Source: Podarcis erhardii
Taxonomy: Eukaryota
DNA length: 64,000 nt
Reading direction: 5' to 3' (one strand)
NCBI GenBank assembly: GCA_964252035.1
Contig: OZ176207.1
Under the pieces are notes generated by a model. It did no database searches. It had not been told where the DNA came from and saw only the letters and a program-made list of their open reading frames with translations. The translations under genes and the position numbers were made by a program. Of the stretch, positions 10,270 through 23,703 are shown in pieces. The first letter of the stretch is position 1, and every line of letters starts with the position of its first letter.

Positions 10270-13200
10270 GTTTTAAAAAATGGTTCCAAATTAATCTGGA
10301 AGGACTTTTTAATCAATTAAAAGGGTTTTCATCAATTAATTTAACCAATTGACTCGAGATACTATTTTGCAAAGCCAAGTTCAGACCATATGTTGATCTG
10401 GAGGGTGTATTTTCTCAATCAGGATCCCTTAAGAAAGTGGCCTCTGAAGGGCAGCACACCCAACTGTTGACTACACAGAAGGACAGAACTGTGTTAGGAT
10501 CTAAAGAGGTCAAGCAATTAGACCTTTGGTGAAGAAGGTTCTGAGGCTTGACCACACATAATCCCTGGTAGTTCACTAGGCTAGATTCCAGGTTCAAAGC
10601 CTAGAGTCCTAGCAGGGATTGTCAACTAATGAACTAATGTGTGTAAATATCAACCAGATCCACAGAACAGCTGGCATTTATTCTTTGACGGCGGACCAGA
10701 GTGAAGACTATTGCACTATTGCTGCCAAAACTCTGCCCCTTGATTGGCCAGATGCAAAATTGAGTTTGGCGGACTATCCTGCAATTCCTTTCAGCCATCT
10801 GAGGAGGATCCCAATGGCTGGCTGCAAGGTGACAATTTTTTTGCCAGCTGGGTGGGGGGGACCGTGATGGGCCGCAACCACCGCCCACTCTGGAACCAGG
10901 TAAGATGTCATTCCCTGACAATGAGGCAAAAAAATTGGGAACCTTTTCACATAGAAAGAGAACCTTTTGAGAAACTGAAGGGCATATTTCAGCAAAACAA
11001 TGGTTTTAATTGCCACAGTATTTTCTAGCCTGTTCACAGCCAATATTATTCTGGAATTATATACAGAATTATAAGAATACCTTGGATAGATGTCGGCACA
11101 CCCTCTCTGCCTTCAAAAAAATTGAAACATTGTGATATGCCCTTTTCGTTTGCTTTTAAATTTAAGTATCCCACTGTGAAATATATTTACTAAATCTAAC
11201 TTCAGATAAGTATTTTATAAATGCTGGGTGCTGGTTGGTAAGTATAAAGGTTCTAAATCACAATAATAAGTCTACCAAATTAGCCAAAACTGACCCCAGT
11301 GTCGTATACTGCATTTCCCACCTGGACTTTTTGATTTAACACCATTTTAGTAAGTGAGCTAGTATGAGGTACATGTTGGACCAGCATTTACCCTTTCATA
11401 TTTTTGCTATGAGACCTTAGGTTCAATTTATCTCAGATTTAATTATACAGAAGTCAATGTATAGATGCAAGATGCTTGCCAGAATCATCCCAGTTGTAAT
11501 TCAAAGGTTGCAGAGAAGTCAATGGAGTTCCACGGTGATGAATTAGCCCCAGAGGCTATATTTTTTGCTTCTAGATTTCCAGGATGATATGATTTTGTTG
11601 TTATATTAACCACACTCTATTGCTGCAAATCAAGGAAACAGTGGGTATACATAGTAACTATATGTAGCTGTATCTTAATAGAAATCTTTGCTGCCTTCTC
11701 TACTGTATAGGAAAGACCTGCTTATGGCATGTGTTATGAGGACTTGGACACAGGAATTGGGATTAAAATGCCACAACTTTATTGAGGAAAATGAATGATG
11801 TAACTCAGCCTGAGGATTGGTGGAGAGTTTGAGCATGCAGAGTCGACTAGTCTTATGATTAGGGGCACGGATGGTATAGTTTTGCTCTGCAGCAGGATTG
11901 AATCTTGCCATATGAATAATATCATTCAGTAGCACCCAAGAGGCAAGCTGCCATAGAAGCTTAGCTTCATCTCTTCTGTGCTCTACTCATACTGTTCCTC
12001 GGGGCATTCTTTTGTTGGCCACAGTTTGGTGTATTTGCACCGTCTTGTTTACTATTTCCAGAGTTAACAGAGCCACTTGGGAGGCAAAGGTGAAGAAGCA
12101 ACCAAAAGATCTGTCCAAACATCAAATTCAATTATATTGTTGTTGTCGTCGGCATCCGTTTGCTTGAGAGACAATGGAGTTGCTACCAATATACCATTAT
12201 ATTCAGGGAGGAGGAACCTGTGGTTCTCTAGATGATGTTGAACTACAACTCCCATCATTCCTGTCCACTGTCCAAACTGACTAGGCTGATGGTAGTAGGA
12301 GTCCAAAAAACTGAAGGACTACAACACCCCAGTTCCTGATTTAATATTTACCCTTTAACTATCAGGAAAGCAGTGCATATAGATCCTTGACAGATGTCTC
12401 TATGGTCCTTAAGCAGGACTAGATCTGATGAAACATCTATTTTAAAGTGTTCGTTTGTAATTCTACCAAGTAGTTTCCCATAATTTACTATAAATTTAAG
12501 AGGAATAAATCTAACAGGAATTTGACAGGCATCTCCCTCTGCTTGGAGTGCACACTCCTTTTTGTAATTCAAAACCCATTCTATTGTGATTTTCTGCAGT
12601 TTCTTTTGCAAACATAGCTGCTCCAATGTAATATTTATCATTAAAAAAAATGATTACAATAGCTAACCAGACTTTTAAATTGCTGACATTATAGAGAAGG
12701 CAGAAATATATGAATGTTGTCCATTCAGGTAAACCAAGCCATTTGGCTTGTGAATTTTTATATATGTGAAAATAAAATTATTCCCTGTTTTAGCTCAGTC
12801 CCTGTTAGCTGCCTAGTGGGCTCCATTTCAGGACAGAAAAACAGAATGTAAATATTTTCAAGAAACAAATTAATGATTCTCAGCTGCTTCTAAAATATGC
12901 AGGAGCAAAATTTAAGATATTTGGAGGGGAAGGGGAAGAACTGTAAATGAGCAATAGTGCCCTCAACATCTGGCCCAGCATTTATTTCCATTCATTTTAT
13001 TTCCAAACAGTGATAAAAATAGCTTTATCAGAACATGCCAGAATTTTTGACATCAACAATCATTTTGGCATACTGATTCCATTTTTAAAGCGCTTCACTC
13101 AAACTTCAAAACCCTGTCAGAAGAAACAAACAGTGCCATAATCTAATGTTCTCGCTGCTTGGGGGGAAGAGAAAAGCTTTGAAAATTGTGCCCTCTTTCC

Positions 13201-13940
13201 CTCTTGCGGAGTCCACATTCATCCTGTCAAAACATTTAACTTCATCAGCTCCTTCTGCTGAATTCTGCATTAATATGCAATGTGAGTTTTGTGAGAGTTA
13301 TGGCCTGTCATGCTTTCTACAATATGGTACATAATGACCACAAAACTCCTGTCATTTGCTTATCTTGTCTTCAGCAGGGTCTGCTATAAAGCACAACTTA
13401 AGGCCTTTTAAATAATTAGATAAATACATATTTTTGACAGGAATTGCTTTTACTGACTCCCAGCAGTAACAACTGGAATTCATAAACCCCAATTCACTGC
13501 ATGTACACCTAGTTTTCTCTCTTACATTCATAATTGAAGGTCTGCTTTTGTTGTGGCACTTGACATACCCAGAACAAGATACTTATGTCTGTTTATTTGG
13601 GACTGGAGGTGTTGTCATATCTTGTGTGTGACAGGTGTTCAGGCAGAGCCATATCTAAATGGAAAAATCCCACCTGAGATTTGTGCTGCATTGATGTTGT
13701 TTTTTAATGGGAAGTATTATAATCTCTGACAACAATAATTATCCCCAGGCTTGCACAAATTCAGTAGTTGAAAACTGGGTTGAGGATGAGCACTTGGGTT
13801 GTCTAAAAATTCCCCAGGAATTTTAAAACACTGAAGGTAGATAGACTAGTTTCTGATGGTGGTGGTGATGATAGTTCTTGTACATTTTGCCTCTTGTCTC
13901 AGGTTGGGTGTTTTTGTTTGTTTGTTTTAAATGGCAGTTG

Positions 13941-14778
13941 TGATGACAGACTTCTGGGAGCTGCCGGACCAGTGACATTGGAGGGTGAGGAGAAGGGGGG
14001 AATTAAGACAGAGGTGGGCAGCTCAGGCCAACCACAGAGCAACAGCTTTAAGAAGAGGGTGTGGTTTTGCAAGTTCTGAGGCTTTGATAAGTTGTAAGGG
14101 GAAAGGGGTGGGTTTGGGGAGGTAGTTGGTGTCTGGTGGGGATAGTCAGGGTTGGCAATTGAAACGAGAAAGGTCATAGCCCTAGTATAGCTATAACTAT
14201 CTATATTGGGGTGGCCAGCTTCCAAGAGACTGCAATCTACTTACGGAATTAAAAACTGGCAGTGATCTACCCCCGTTTTAGTGGGGCTCAGGTCAAAGTT
14301 GTTGAGCTTTTTTGGGGAGGGGGAAGTGTTGGAGATTCATTCCTCGTGTCTCCAGTCATGGGATTGTTATCACATGACGGTGTATGTTTTCATTCCACAG
14401 AGTGGGAAGTGATGGACACAGGATGTTTGTGTTACTGTGTTCCATGAAGTGGGACTATTGTCCTTTGTTCTTTTCTCTCTCTGCTGTCTGATGAGAAAGG
14501 GGATGGAGCTATGTCAGAATGCTCCGAGTGTATTATATGTAAATAAAGTAGATTAGCCAAAATGCTGTGCTATTGGTTCTGTTATGCAAGCTGCGAATAC
14601 TCTGCGGATCCCTAAGTGTGCTGATGTCTCCAAGGCATTAGTCGCTGTGATGTTCGGGTAGAAGAAAGCTTTTGAAGCTCCTGAACGACCGACCAGGAGG
14701 AGAGAACATGCCATTCGGGCATGTGTCTCTACTACTCGAGAGTAGGACGCCCTGTTTTTAGGGGGTTCGGGAGGCATA
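13941..14778 (+). mobile_element. Putative solo LTR
   Basis: It starts with TG, has AATAAA at 14542-14547 and a U5-like tail, and is flanked by a 5-bp direct repeat AGTTG. The terminus reads TA rather than CA, so the boundary is uncertain. Confidence 0.55.
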
Positions 14779-15155
14779 AGTTGCTTGGCTTTGGGAGGGG
14801 GGTGCAACATTTTTACATTATTTTGGGGTCAAAGAGAAACACCAACTCACCGAAGGATCGCTGGGGGGGGGGGGGAACACCCTCGGTTTGTAAACTCCGT
14901 CTTCCGTTCTCCAACAATGGAGGGTGGGGCGGGGCGAGGGGGCAGGGCCAGAAGGGGGCCAGCGATCAACCAAAACCTCACAGGGATCGACCAGTAGATT
15001 ACAATCGACCTGTTGGACATCCCGGATCTATATCATAGCCTCTCTTCTAGTTCTAATGTTACAGTACACTCCTGAGAGCTACTCTGCAGAGTCAAAAGCT
15101 CTTAAAAACTAGACAAAGATTCACTGTTGGCACGTCTTGCTGTCATGTGTCTTCC

Positions 15156-15556
15156 ATACCCTCCAACATTCCTAAAATGAAAACAGGGACATTTCTCCTT
15201 GTGCTCCACTCTTCTCCCCATTTCTTCCCACCCAGGGCAGCTTGTCCTCTTCCCACCCTTCAGAGCCAGGGCATCATGTGGGGCTGGGCCTTGGTGGTGA
15301 CAGCATCTCCTCTTCCTTGCCTGCTCTCCAACAGTCACTATGAGCTGCCCAAGAAGGAGGCAGGCAGCAACGGCCATGGAGGGGCCGTGGAGAGGTCATT
15401 GCAGCTCAGGACAAGAGCTGGCTCATCCTCGTCCCCAAGCTCAGCAGCAACAGCCCTGGCAGGGAAAATAGGGACATTCCGGGATCAACTCAGAAGCCAG
15501 GATGGCTTTCGTAATTCCAGGACTGTCCTTGAAAAATTGGGACACTTGGAGGTTAT
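15156..15556. mobile_element. hAT-type MITE
   Basis: TIRs are ATACCCTCCAA / TTGGAGGTTAT with subterminal GGGACA repeats. The 8-bp TSD TGTCTTCC / TGTCTTCT matches at 7 of 8 positions. Confidence 0.75.
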
Positions 15557-17140
15557 TGTCTTCTTTGCTGTGGAAAACAGAACTGAGTCCTTCTGGGCTG
15601 GGAGAGACAGGGACGAGATATCATTCTGTGTTGCCCATATCCCAGGGGTGTTTATGGTTCATAGTAAATCTTTCTTGGTGTAGTGGAGGATGCCATGCCA
15701 TAATCTGTGCTGGAGTAAGTTTCTGCACATGGAATGGGGAGGAGGACACCGTCCATCTATGTATCTATTTGAATTTAATTTTATATAATCAAAATGGTAA
15801 AAAAAGAGAGAGAAATGGGTACCATCTTGTCCTTTACCTCAAGAAGCAAAGGTCTTGGGAAAGAAAGAACCAGGATTTATAGGGGAGAGGGAACATATAG
15901 ATGGTTCTGTTCCATTTCCAAATGGGACTTGACCAGGCATGCGATTTATTCAAGATTTTTAGGGCAGCCAAACAGTCCTACAGCTGATTTCTCTCATGAA
16001 TGTAAGATTACGTGGGGATGCCACTGATTACAAAATACATTCATAGGCAAGTTTCTTGAAGAAATTTATTTAGTACCAAAAGCTGTGATGAGTGAACGGG
16101 GACCTGTAAATCAATAGCACTAATTTCTGTTGTTCACATTTTATGCATTAATGACAGTGTAAAAAAGGGCAGTGCCAATTAAACACACACTGAGATAAAT
16201 CATAGCCGCTCTAGAGAACTTTCTGAAATGGCACTTAAGGTAAAGAGTAAATAACCTGTTTTTATGTACTCCCCTAATGGCTGCCTCTGTTATCCCTCTT
16301 GTGTCATTGTTTTCTTATCAAAGCAGAAAACTGAAAGACAGCATTTTTTATCTTATTCAGTTTTCTATAAAACGTTATACAAGCAGCAAAGAAGCAAAAC
16401 TGTGGCAGGCAAAATTTCAAGATTTTTTTTTTTACAATTCTGACTGATTAAAGTCAGTGGGTGATATCCAGCATATAAACTGAATAGCATAGAGCACTTG
16501 AAATCAATGGACCTAAGTTCATTTTCATTTTAGAGAGTCTATTCTGAATATAACTTAGCTGAATACCATGCAGTGAAACTCAATGAATGAATATCTCAAG
16601 AATCACCCTAAAAAGGGCTGGGGCATTGTTCACATTTCAAGTGAATACACCCAAAGCCTTGAGGCACTTCTCTTCCTCGAGGCTATGAAAATTATACTGG
16701 GGGCAGGGAAGCTATATGCAACAGTGACAGGAGCATCTTTTTCTGCCAGGGATTGTTATTTGTACAAGTGCCAGAATCTCGTGGGAATCTGATGCCTCAC
16801 AATACCTTCTTACTAAGAAGGTTTCCTGCTAAGAATTCTGGAACTTGCAGTTCCAGTTTCTGGAAGGAAAAAAACGGATGATACCCAGCTCTACCTCTCA
16901 TTAAAATCAGAACCAGTGAAGGTGGTGCGCTTCCTGTGTGCCAAGAAGTGTGTGTTTTGGGGTGCCATCCAAGATTGCTGCCCCACACTTTTCTTTGGGA
17001 AACATGCCCCCCAAAAGTGTAGCCCAAAATTGTGTGAGGTTGCAGTGGCCATTTTGATGACTGTTGCCTCGTGAGAAAAAAGAGGCCTCTCCCCCCCCTT
17101 TTTTAAAGCTGGACCAGGCCAAAGACCCATTTGGTCCATT

Positions 17141-17622
17141 TGTCAGGCTTCAGTGAATCTGATCCCTCCCACAGTGGCAGCCAAGAAGCAGAGAAACAAA
17201 AAACAGTTCTTACCAAGTAATTTATTCACTATGCACAGAGAGAGACGAAGGAATGCAGTCTAACTAGGATAAAGGCATTACTCCAAGTAAAGTCCAACTC
17301 ACTACGTCTCTTCTATTCTACGTCACCCCTGTGTCAGCTAATCTGAGCTTTCTGCCTCTGAGCTCTCTGTTCTACTACTCTCAATGCATGCCTAGTCCTC
17401 AGTGTCCAAAGACACTGAGTCTGTCAGTTGTTTCTCCCATGGTCTTTCTTCTTCCTGCTGATCATCTCCCAATATTTCCCAACTTCTCCCCTCTGCAGCC
17501 TCTGAACTATGCCCTTCTACAAACCACTGTTCTAAATCTATACTGTCCTCCTGTTCTTGGGAAGGTTCAGGAGAAGGGGGGGGGGAGGCCCCAACCATTC
17601 CTCCTCAGTCCATCCCCTAACA
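17141..17622 (-). mobile_element. Putative solo LTR (Gypsy-like) inserted in an older SINE-like repeat
   Basis: The minus strand begins TGTTAGGGG and ends CCTGACA, with AATAAA at 17221-17226. No clean TSD is visible. Confidence 0.6.
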
Positions 17623-18906
17623 CCAGCATCCTGTTCTCATAGTGGCCAACCAGATGCCTATGGGAAGTCCATAAGGAGGACCTGAATGCAATATGGGCAT
17701 GGCCTGTTTAGTGGCAGTTCCCCCATTGTGGAACTTTCTCAACCATTTCTTAAATTGGTGGTTAAATATATAATATAGATAGACTAGATTAGATAGTTAT
17801 AGTTATGTTGTAAACTGTGCTTAGGACCCTCACCAGGTAGAAAAATCAGTATAAAGAAGTTGTTATGAATAAATAAGATAGGAGGAGCTATATGGTGAAT
17901 ATATAGAACACCAAGAACTACCCATAGCTAGAAATATTTGGTTAGCCTGATGGTAGGCAAATACTTGGTGGGCATCATATTCTGGAAATCACTTTCCTGC
18001 CCCTTGCTCTGTCTCATATAATGTTAAAATACTATCAGCCAGGCCCTTATTAAGTAGATCCACTTCTGAATCTGTTTTCTATAATAATACTTTAAATAAA
18101 TAATTGCAGTTGCTTCTCACTGGTTTATTTTAAGGCTCAGGATTAGTGTTGAAATTGCAGTCATCACCACAGAATCCAGCACCACACATCTCCACACCTT
18201 GGTGAGACTCAAGGATACTGATAAGTTTTACAAGCTTATAAATTCGCTGTGAAGAACCTGTGGGGGAATTGGGAAGAGAACCAAAATCTCCTGTGCTTTT
18301 ATTCACCGACCTTTAATATGGAAAGTCTCAGCTTGGCTGAATTTAGTAGTTTAGCTTGTACACACACAATTCACTGCCACTGGGACTTTCTGTAAGTCCA
18401 AGCCGTAATGAAAGAGTAGAGCAGACTGACTGGGGATGAGCACAGCCACAGTATAGCCATTAATTTGGACTTTTACATTTCCCCCTTTGAAGGGCTTTTA
18501 TTTACAGTCCCAGCAGCAGCAGCAAAATGGAATCCTGCTGCTTTAGCTAATGTATGTGGCCCACTGATCTATTAACTTGGCCTTTGCTAGAGGATACTTT
18601 CTCCTGTAACTATATTCTCAAGATGTGCTTGCTAAACAGTAGTATCAGGTTAGTGGCAACGACAACAATATCTGCATTTAAAAGCCCAGAATTGCAGACC
18701 AGGAAATTCAAAGGTCGATTGATTATGAAACCAGAAGGAAGCATTTTACTTCCACAGTCTGCCTTCCTGCTCACCACTCAGATGATGGAACTGCAATTTT
18801 ATAATCTCATACTTTCCTGTCGAACAGGCTGTGCTTTTTTAAAAAAGAAGACACACACTTAAATGTAAAAGTTTCACAAAGTGTGTTCTCTTTCAGGAAG
18901 AGCACG

Positions 18907-19694
18907 TGTTGCGGTGGGGTCTACTGAGCCACCCCCTTTGTTGCTGGGTAAGTTCTCCAAGATGGCCAGGGGGCATTGATTGGATTGCTGAGTTGCTGGG
19001 GAAAAAGTTATGTTGCAATTTTGGTGGGAGGGGTAAAAGGTTTAAATACTCTGCACGCAGCCTTGTACTTTCTCTTTTGCTGCGTGCAACGGATCACCCG
19101 CCCACCCGCCCTAGAATAAGGGGTTGTTGCGTTGACCTTGCTATGCCTGTCATGGGGTCGTCTGCCTTTGAGCAGGGGCCTGGTAGGAATTTTTCCACCT
19201 GGCAAATTGGCTGGCTGGGTGGTTTTTGCCTACTGCATAGCAAATCGTCACAACTTGTAAGGTTGTGATTAGGCACTGGTTATAAATCTGGTGGAGGAGG
19301 GGTTAGGATAGGCTGGGCCTGCCCCTCCATGGTTTCTGCAGAAAGGGAATTCCGTTAAAGGAATCCTGGGGCTTGCCATCTTTTCGTCCAATCCCTGGAA
19401 TGGGACTAGGGCTGGCAAGCCTTCGGGGAGCAGGCGGGTGAGAGTTGAGGGTCTGTGTCTCAGCTCCAATTCTTCCCCGACTTGCTTTCCCCCGCACTGT
19501 CTTTCGGTGGTGCCCGGAAGTCAGTTCTGTCCCCAGGCGGGGGGACAGATAGTCTTAACCAATGCCTAAACAACCACTCACAGTTTGTATTTTAATAAAG
19601 TTGTGGCCAAAATCATGCCAAAAATCTTAAACAAAAATTACGTGTCTGTTGTGAGTTATTTTGGGGAGTGGATTGGGGACCTCGACACGCAAAA
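18907..19694 (+). mobile_element. Putative solo LTR (~790 bp)
   Basis: It begins TGTTGCG and ends CGCAAAA, one mismatch from the inverted CGCAACA. AATAAA is at 19594-19599. Confidence 0.65.
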
Positions 19695-19696
19695 GG

Positions 19697-19892
19697 ACAG
19701 TGGTATCTTGGGTTACAGACGCTACAGGTTACAGACTCCGTTAGCCCAGAAATAGTACCTCGGGTTAAGAACTGGTTATTTGTGGGGCATAGGAATTTGT
19801 TCATTCCCCCCCCCAAAAAATATAGTCCAGCCCCCGACACGGTCTGAGGGACAGTGGACCGGCCCCCTGATGAAAAGGTTTGCTGACCCCTG
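19697..19892. mobile_element. Chimeric remnant: one end of a mariner MITE fused to one end of a hAT MITE
   Basis: 19697-19767 matches the reverse complement of the right part of the 62656 MITE. 19768-19892 matches the right part of the 6957 MITE. Confidence 0.7.
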
Positions 19893-21689
19893 TTCTAACT
19901 AGTTGGTTTCAGATCCCAGCTTCAGATGCATTCTCTATATTACAATGAGGCTGTGAAAAAAGAATGGATGCACAAAACATCTAGGGTGGGGCCTCTATGT
20001 GAAGCAAGTAGCCATAAGTACTGGTAAATGAAGTACACCAGAGGCCAGCACCAATCAGGCTAAATCATTGAACAGTCAATGAATATGTCCATGATGCTGC
20101 CCAATAAGGGGATTTAAGATGAAATGCTTTCTATGGAATGTTCTACACATTCCAAAACTTGCCTCAATATCATAACCTTTAAAAGCAATGCAAATGGGCA
20201 TTGTAGTAGAAAAATAGATAGGTACCCTTTTCACATATTAACTGGGTTGTCTGAAAGAAGAGTCAACTCAGTGGGTGCTCCAAAATTATGAAATACATTT
20301 GCTCATGTACAAAATACAGGTTGTCTATATAATTAGCAGGTGATGCAGTAGGGATGTGATGGCAACAGAATTAAATGCAAAAAATAAAATAAAATAAAAC
20401 ACACAGTCCCCAAAATAACAGAATTCTGTAAATGCCTAGAATGAGAACAGTACAGGTTTGTGACCATGGATGTGTGACGTCTGTACTGATGATGAACTCA
20501 CAGGGCTTTGTTCCAAACTCATCTTGTTGGAAATAGAAGGTCGTTATGAATATAAGGTGTGCAAACTAAGCAGCCAGAGCACAGTATTTATTTAGTACAA
20601 CATCATTTCATTTCTCCTGGGACTCAGTGCAGCAAAAGGAGATGTTTTTAATTAAGAACATAAATTATAACCTCTCCCAGGAGAGTGATTGAAATGATCA
20701 CCACTGTCAGGATATTAACATGCTTTGCATTTATTTCCTTTATAAACTCCCACTTACAATTTGTTGTCTGCATTATAGACAGTATTAGCTACCTGGCTAT
20801 TCCTTTCTTGCTCCAAATGAAAAGCCTGTCATAATGCAATTGATGGAAACTTTTCGAGATTTATCCATGTTTTAGAATACAAGACAATCCATCCATAGTG
20901 TTATTTTTTTTGCACATCCAAGTTAGAAGCCAATTTGCAAGATGCTTTATCAGTTTTACCAAAATGCCCAATGGAGCTATGACTCTCTCATATGCACCTA
21001 CTCATATGCACCTACCTATGTTAGCAGGTTTCACAGGGCTGGCGCAATACATTTTGCTGTCTGAGGCAAACTACAAGATGGTGCGTTCTCTCCAACCCAT
21101 GTATAAAAGCTGACTGGACTGGCAAGTGAATCTTCCTTCAGTGCTGTCAATTCCATTGCACATGAAGACTGCAGGCTTGCTTTGGTGGCACAACAGTTGT
21201 TTCCCCTCACTGCTGTTTCCTGCTACCTGGCACCTGCTACCTGAAGCAGCCAACCATCCTCACTCTGCCTAATGGTAGAGCTGGCCCTGCATTTTTGGCC
21301 TATAAGGAGAACTTCTAACTTCCTTAATGTTTCTTTGCATGGTTGCCAGGAAACAACTCCTAAATATGGATGGGTGGATTTCCCTTATTCCATTCTTTTA
21401 TCATCCTACACTCCCCAAATTCCAGTTGAACTCAGTGCTTGTATTACAAGGGTGTATAAGTCATGGCCTCCTTAAATGATGCATTTGATGACTACAGTGG
21501 GAGCCATGACATAGTCCACCGTTTTTACTCAGGGGTGGCTCATCCTATTTTGCTGCTTGAGGCAAAATGGGAAGTCCGTCCCTGCCCTACCACTGCCACC
21601 TGTGCCAGCTGCTGACTGTCTAAACATTAGGCAGAAATAGGAGTAAAAAACAACAACATTAAAATGTTGCTCTTTGGTGCAACCCCCAT

Positions 21690-22180
21690 CTTTCTGTCTT
21701 TTTTCTTAAAAATCAACTTTATTGAAAGTTTTCCACATACGATTCAATAAAAATCACACTAATCTTAAAAAAGAAAAATAGAGAAAAAAAGATGAGGAAA
21801 GGGAGAGAATAAAGAAGAAAAGAATGAAAAGGAAAGGAAATCACAAAGTCCTCTATCAAAATTTAATCTTTATCCTTATTCCACAAACAGAAAAGTGAGT
21901 ATTCCCAGTTCTCATCTGGAAGTTTCCCCCCTTCCCCCAGCTTCTCACCCTGGGAGAGCCTCTCTGCCTTGCCTCTCACATAATCCCCATCTTGACCAAC
22001 GTTCCCATCTCTTCTCTTAGGTGCAAATGCAGAATATTTTGTCACATGAAATGTTTGGGAAAATAGGGACCTTGAAAAAAAATGTATTGAATGATTGAAG
22101 AATTTGATAACCCCTAAAGGATTGCAAATAGTCAAAATATGGATATTGATGCCATACATTATTTCCTCATCATTTTTTTT
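21690..22180 (-). mobile_element. Degraded L1/Tx1 3' end
   Basis: There is a T-rich tail with TTTATT on the plus strand. The minus-strand translation (FAPKRRDGNV...DYVRGKAE...ENWEY) weakly parallels the L1 ORF2 C-terminus. Confidence 0.5.
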
Positions 22181-23647
22181 AAAAAAATATATATGTTCAA
22201 ATCCAAGAGAAATGCACTGCTGTTTTAAGAACCAAGACAAATGTATCATTGTGACATGTGAAAGAAGGCACAATCAAGCTGGCTGTGGAGAAAAGAAGGA
22301 ATTGCTTCAATATAAAAACAGGAGATATATTATGCATCTAAATCTGCTACAAAAATAATATATTAACTCCTGTTGTGAAATCTTGATAAAGAGTGAAGAT
22401 AAAATGCTTACAGTTAAAAGCTTTATCAGAAAGCCCCAGGGCCTGTTGTGGGAACTAAAAACAGCCCCCCTCTCTCCAACAACAATTGCATTAGAGTTTT
22501 GTTAAGGAATAAACTACAGTCCAAAAGCATAAATCATCTTGTTAGTCCACAGTTAAGTTTTAACAACTGGAAGAAAATGCCTTGAGGTCTGAATAAATAA
22601 AACTCCCCCCCTGCCCCCAGTAAGGGGTTCTTTTTCTTCTTCTTTTACATTATCAAGCTTTGGCATTTGAAATCATTATATCCAACAGAAAGAGTAGCTG
22701 GCTGTCTAAAGCAGCATCACATTGGACCCCAAAAACCAATGGTTGCAGCTTTGGCTATTTCAAGATGGCTCCAAAACAAAGCTGCTAGTAAACATCATTG
22801 GTTACTGTGTATTGATGCACATTTCTATATATCTCGCTATTTATGGCTGTGCCAGTACAGAGAGAAACCTGCACATATGCAGCAAATTCACTCAGTCCCC
22901 CACAGGGTGTATGACCCACTTTTCCTTTGAAAGCTGCAATCCTGTACGCACTTGCCTGGGGGTTAGTATTATCCAACTCAGTGGGGGCTAGGTCTGAGCA
23001 GACACATGCAGGATTGTACTGTTAACTACTAGTCATGTGCCAAAATCTGCCATCCAACTTCTTGCAAACTTTGCTCTGCGAAAAGGGCTTCTGTTTGTGT
23101 GCCTCATTTTCAGGACACATGAAGAACGTAAAGGCAAGTCTGTTGGATCAAGCTGATGGCCCATCCACACCAGCATCCTATTCTCACAGAGACTGACCAG
23201 ATGCCTGTGGGCAGCCTGAAAGCTGGACATGAGCAAAAGAGCACTATGGTATACCAGAACAACTGGTATTCCAAGGAATAATGCCTTTGACAGTAAAATT
23301 TATTTAAAATTTGGATGAACATGGGTTCTGAGTTGGTGTTCTCAGTTGGCCGGGGGGGGGGGTGGTGGTGAAGCTTTTCTTTCTTTCCTTCTTCCCTCCT
23401 TCCTTCCTTCTTGCTTGCTTAAGAGCAATGTGTTACTTTATATATTGTAATGTCTATTTGTAACTATTTAAAGTTACAAATCTCTACTATGAAAATGCTA
23501 CTATTTCATTCTTGCAGTGGATAGCAAATTCATTGTCTGCTCTACACAAAATCCACATCTGGGGTTCTATTTGCAGCAACTTTCACACACCCCACCCATA
23601 AGAGTTTCATCAAAAATTTCTGTTGCTTTTGATAATTATTGAATGAA

Positions 23648-23648
<1 letters not shown>

Positions 23649-23702
<54 letters not shown>
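23649..23702. repeat. (TTTC)n microsatellite
   Basis: Read directly from the sequence. Confidence 0.95.

Positions 23703-23703
<1 letters not shown>

Noticed and set aside
10104-10352. Poly-Tyr and poly-Ile ORFs (also 5237-5923 and 60731-60952)
   Set aside because: They are translations of microsatellites.
15147-15683. 178-aa ORF as a host gene
   Set aside because: It starts at and largely overlaps a TIR/TSD-bounded hAT MITE, and it has no recognisable domain.
17392-17598. Acidic 68-aa ORF
   Set aside because: It lies wholly within a putative solo LTR and reflects its purine-rich composition.
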